Assembly (NCBI GenBank): GCA_013239625.1
Contig: MU054757.1
Span: 972,251-1,036,250, forward strand
Direction: 5' to 3'
DNA: 64,000 nt
DNA from: Lama guanicoe
Lineage: Eukaryota
Each line of letters begins with the position of its first letter. Position 1 is the stretch's first letter. This document shows positions 62,911 to 64,000 of this stretch, in pieces. A model generated the notes under the pieces. It made no database searches and had not been told where the DNA came from. It saw only the letters and a list, made by a program, of their open reading frames with translations. The translations under genes were made by a program, and so were the position numbers.

Positions 62911-64000
62911 AATGAAAAGGCAACTGTAAAAATCTTTTCAAAAATATAGTAAAAATAAAGCCAGTTACATTGAGTTGCAGAGAAAGACATTTCACTTATG
63001 TTGATGGGGTTCTTTTTCCTCTGCAGTCTGTTTTTTTTCCCCCTACTCAGGCCACAATAATACAGTAACAGGAAATATATGAAAAAAGGTGGAAGATTAG
63101 AAGCTTAAAGCCCAGAATCCCTGTGGTGGCAGCCAAAAACATAATCAAAGAAAAACACTCATTTAAGTTTCCCTTTCCTTCAAAACCTAGTCTCATATTA
63201 CTTTCAAGACCTTGAGGAGGAACAACAATTTGGGGTCAACTGTGGAACAATGTTAGATTACTGCTAACAGGACCCCGTGACCTTACTTAGAATGGAATTA
63301 TGCGCTGACAGATTTCAGGAGCAGGAATTTTTAAAAAGGTGTTTTGCTCTCCCAAAGCCAAAAAATAATCCTTCCACATAAGAACACCAGGAACACCTGC
63401 TTACTGCTTCCAAACTTTGCTTTCCGAAATCTACTGAGTTTCCATGGGCAGGATATGAAACGCCCAGCTGTCAAGAAAACCCCTTTCCCACAAAAGCTTA
63501 GTTCATTTTGAACAAGCACGGGATACATGGTCTGTCTGTCTCCCTTCCCTCGCTCCAGTAACCATCAGCTCTAACAACAACAAAAAGTTGTGTCTTTTCC
63601 ATTTCCTGGTCTGTCTTTTAAAAGGCGCGAGCATGAAGAACCAAAATAAATAAATAAATAAGTACAAATTTAAAGACCTGTCAAAGTTGTTGGTCAAGTC
63701 TCTGGGCCGTTAACCACCTTCATCAGTACAGGTCAAACCAAACAGCAAGCGTGCTGCTTTTATGAAAATGCATGTCTTCATCTGTCTCTCAGTTACCTCT
63801 ACATTTCACTTCTTACAAAAATGCAAGACCTCTTTCTGGCTTGCTGTGAAATCCTGGGGAAGCTTTCCTGATCAGAAGCAGCAAACCTCAAAGCCATGAT
63901 CATTTGCAAATTCCACGCTTAATCACCTTAAATGATAACACTGGGAAGGAAACGCCTTCCAAATGCACCCTGATTTCAAGGACTCAAAAGCATTAGACCT

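Noticed and set aside
357-63697. The 60-162-aa ORFs of the six-frame track as protein-coding genes
   Set aside because: Short, no recognisable domains, many start at non-ATG codons, span N gaps or lie inside repeats; expected by chance in mammalian intronic DNA

Overview
Mammalian nuclear DNA, almost certainly camelid (camel/alpaca/llama): it carries eight tRNA-Ala-derived vic-1-type SINEs and short artiodactyl L1 3' ends. It looks like the inside of a very large intron, most likely of a minus-strand gene. That orientation is inferred from one candidate 186-bp phase-0/0 exon at 27748-27933 (-) and from most L1/SINE insertions lying on the + strand. I do not recognise the host gene. There is no CpG island, complete gene or CRISPR array. 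The remaining ORF-track entries are chance ORFs, repeat-derived or N-gap artefacts. The rest is interspersed repeats: L1, L2, MIR, ERV1/ERVL/MaLR solo LTRs and a dense set of hAT MITEs (5x MER20, 3x MER58A, 3x MER5, 2x MER33, 1x MER53). There are also microsatellites and four short N gaps. I found no convincing new biological system. The best leads are the unassigned exon with a downstream UG tract, a homeodomain-motif-rich candidate enhancer, a perfect CTCF core, an inverted SINE pair and a MER53/miR-1302-like hairpin. Repeat families were assigned by eye from remembered consensus sequences, so boundaries are approximate unless a TSD is quoted.
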